From Balanoglossus misakiensis (lineage: Eukaryota > Animalia > Hemichordata), in NCBI GenBank assembly GCA_040954595.2, contig CM082589.2, forward strand, positions 9,870,894 to 9,934,893: a DNA stretch of 64,000 nucleotides. The letters are read 5' to 3'. The notes beneath the pieces were generated by a model. That model did not search any database, had not been told where the DNA came from, and saw nothing but the letters and a program-made list of their open reading frames with translations. The translations under genes were made by a program, and so were the position numbers. This document shows positions 63,866-64,000 of the stretch, piece by piece; the stretch's first letter is position 1, and each line of letters begins with the position of its first letter.

Positions 63866-64000
63866 GTACCAAATAAATTTTGATCATGATACTTTGAGCT
63901 TTGTATAGTACACAATAGATTTTCATATTTGATGGGGCTCTTGCAGTATACATGATGTATATTGTTTTAAAGAGGTGACATGTTTTTATGGCTCATGAAA

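Larger units (their letters stand above)
62640..64000 (+). mobile_element. Left end of a coding Kolobok-type DNA transposon (runs off the window)
   Basis: Begins TTAA|agggacaaagtctctctc. The first ~170 bp are homologous to the MITE arms at 60561-60891, followed by a CpG-rich promoter region and a spliced ORF. Confidence 0.75.

Overview
This is AT-rich, intron-containing metazoan genomic DNA, and its repeat repertoire resembles that of marine invertebrates (the species cannot be determined). It is not prokaryotic: there is no operon, rRNA, intact tRNA or CRISPR array, and nearly all ORFs in the track are spurious. Layout from left to right: (1) 0.5-3.6 kb is a disrupted AcademX-type DNA transposase (XPG/PIN nuclease plus Cys-rich C-terminus), followed by an L2/CR1 LINE remnant. 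(2) 6-15 kb holds decayed + strand exons (two Ca-binding EGF exons and two polyQ exons with CAA>TAA stops) among several MITEs. (3) 17-19 kb is a CpG-rich, promoter-like block. (4) 21.9-40 kb is a hierarchical tandem array: a ~0.9 kb unit containing an expandable 116-bp module, kb-scale duplications and inserted Helentron-associated (HINE-like) elements. (5) 42.4-58.4 kb is a ~193-bp satellite with mosaic higher-order duplications, bracketed by diverged ~0.65 kb direct repeats. (6) 58.4-64 kb contains locally duplicated SINE-derived blocks whose paralogues reveal the empty sites of a long-hairpin (Crypton-like) element and a Kolobok MITE. The window ends in the left end of a related, intron-containing Kolobok-like element. 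I found no convincing new biological system; the most notable signals concern transposon and satellite architecture.
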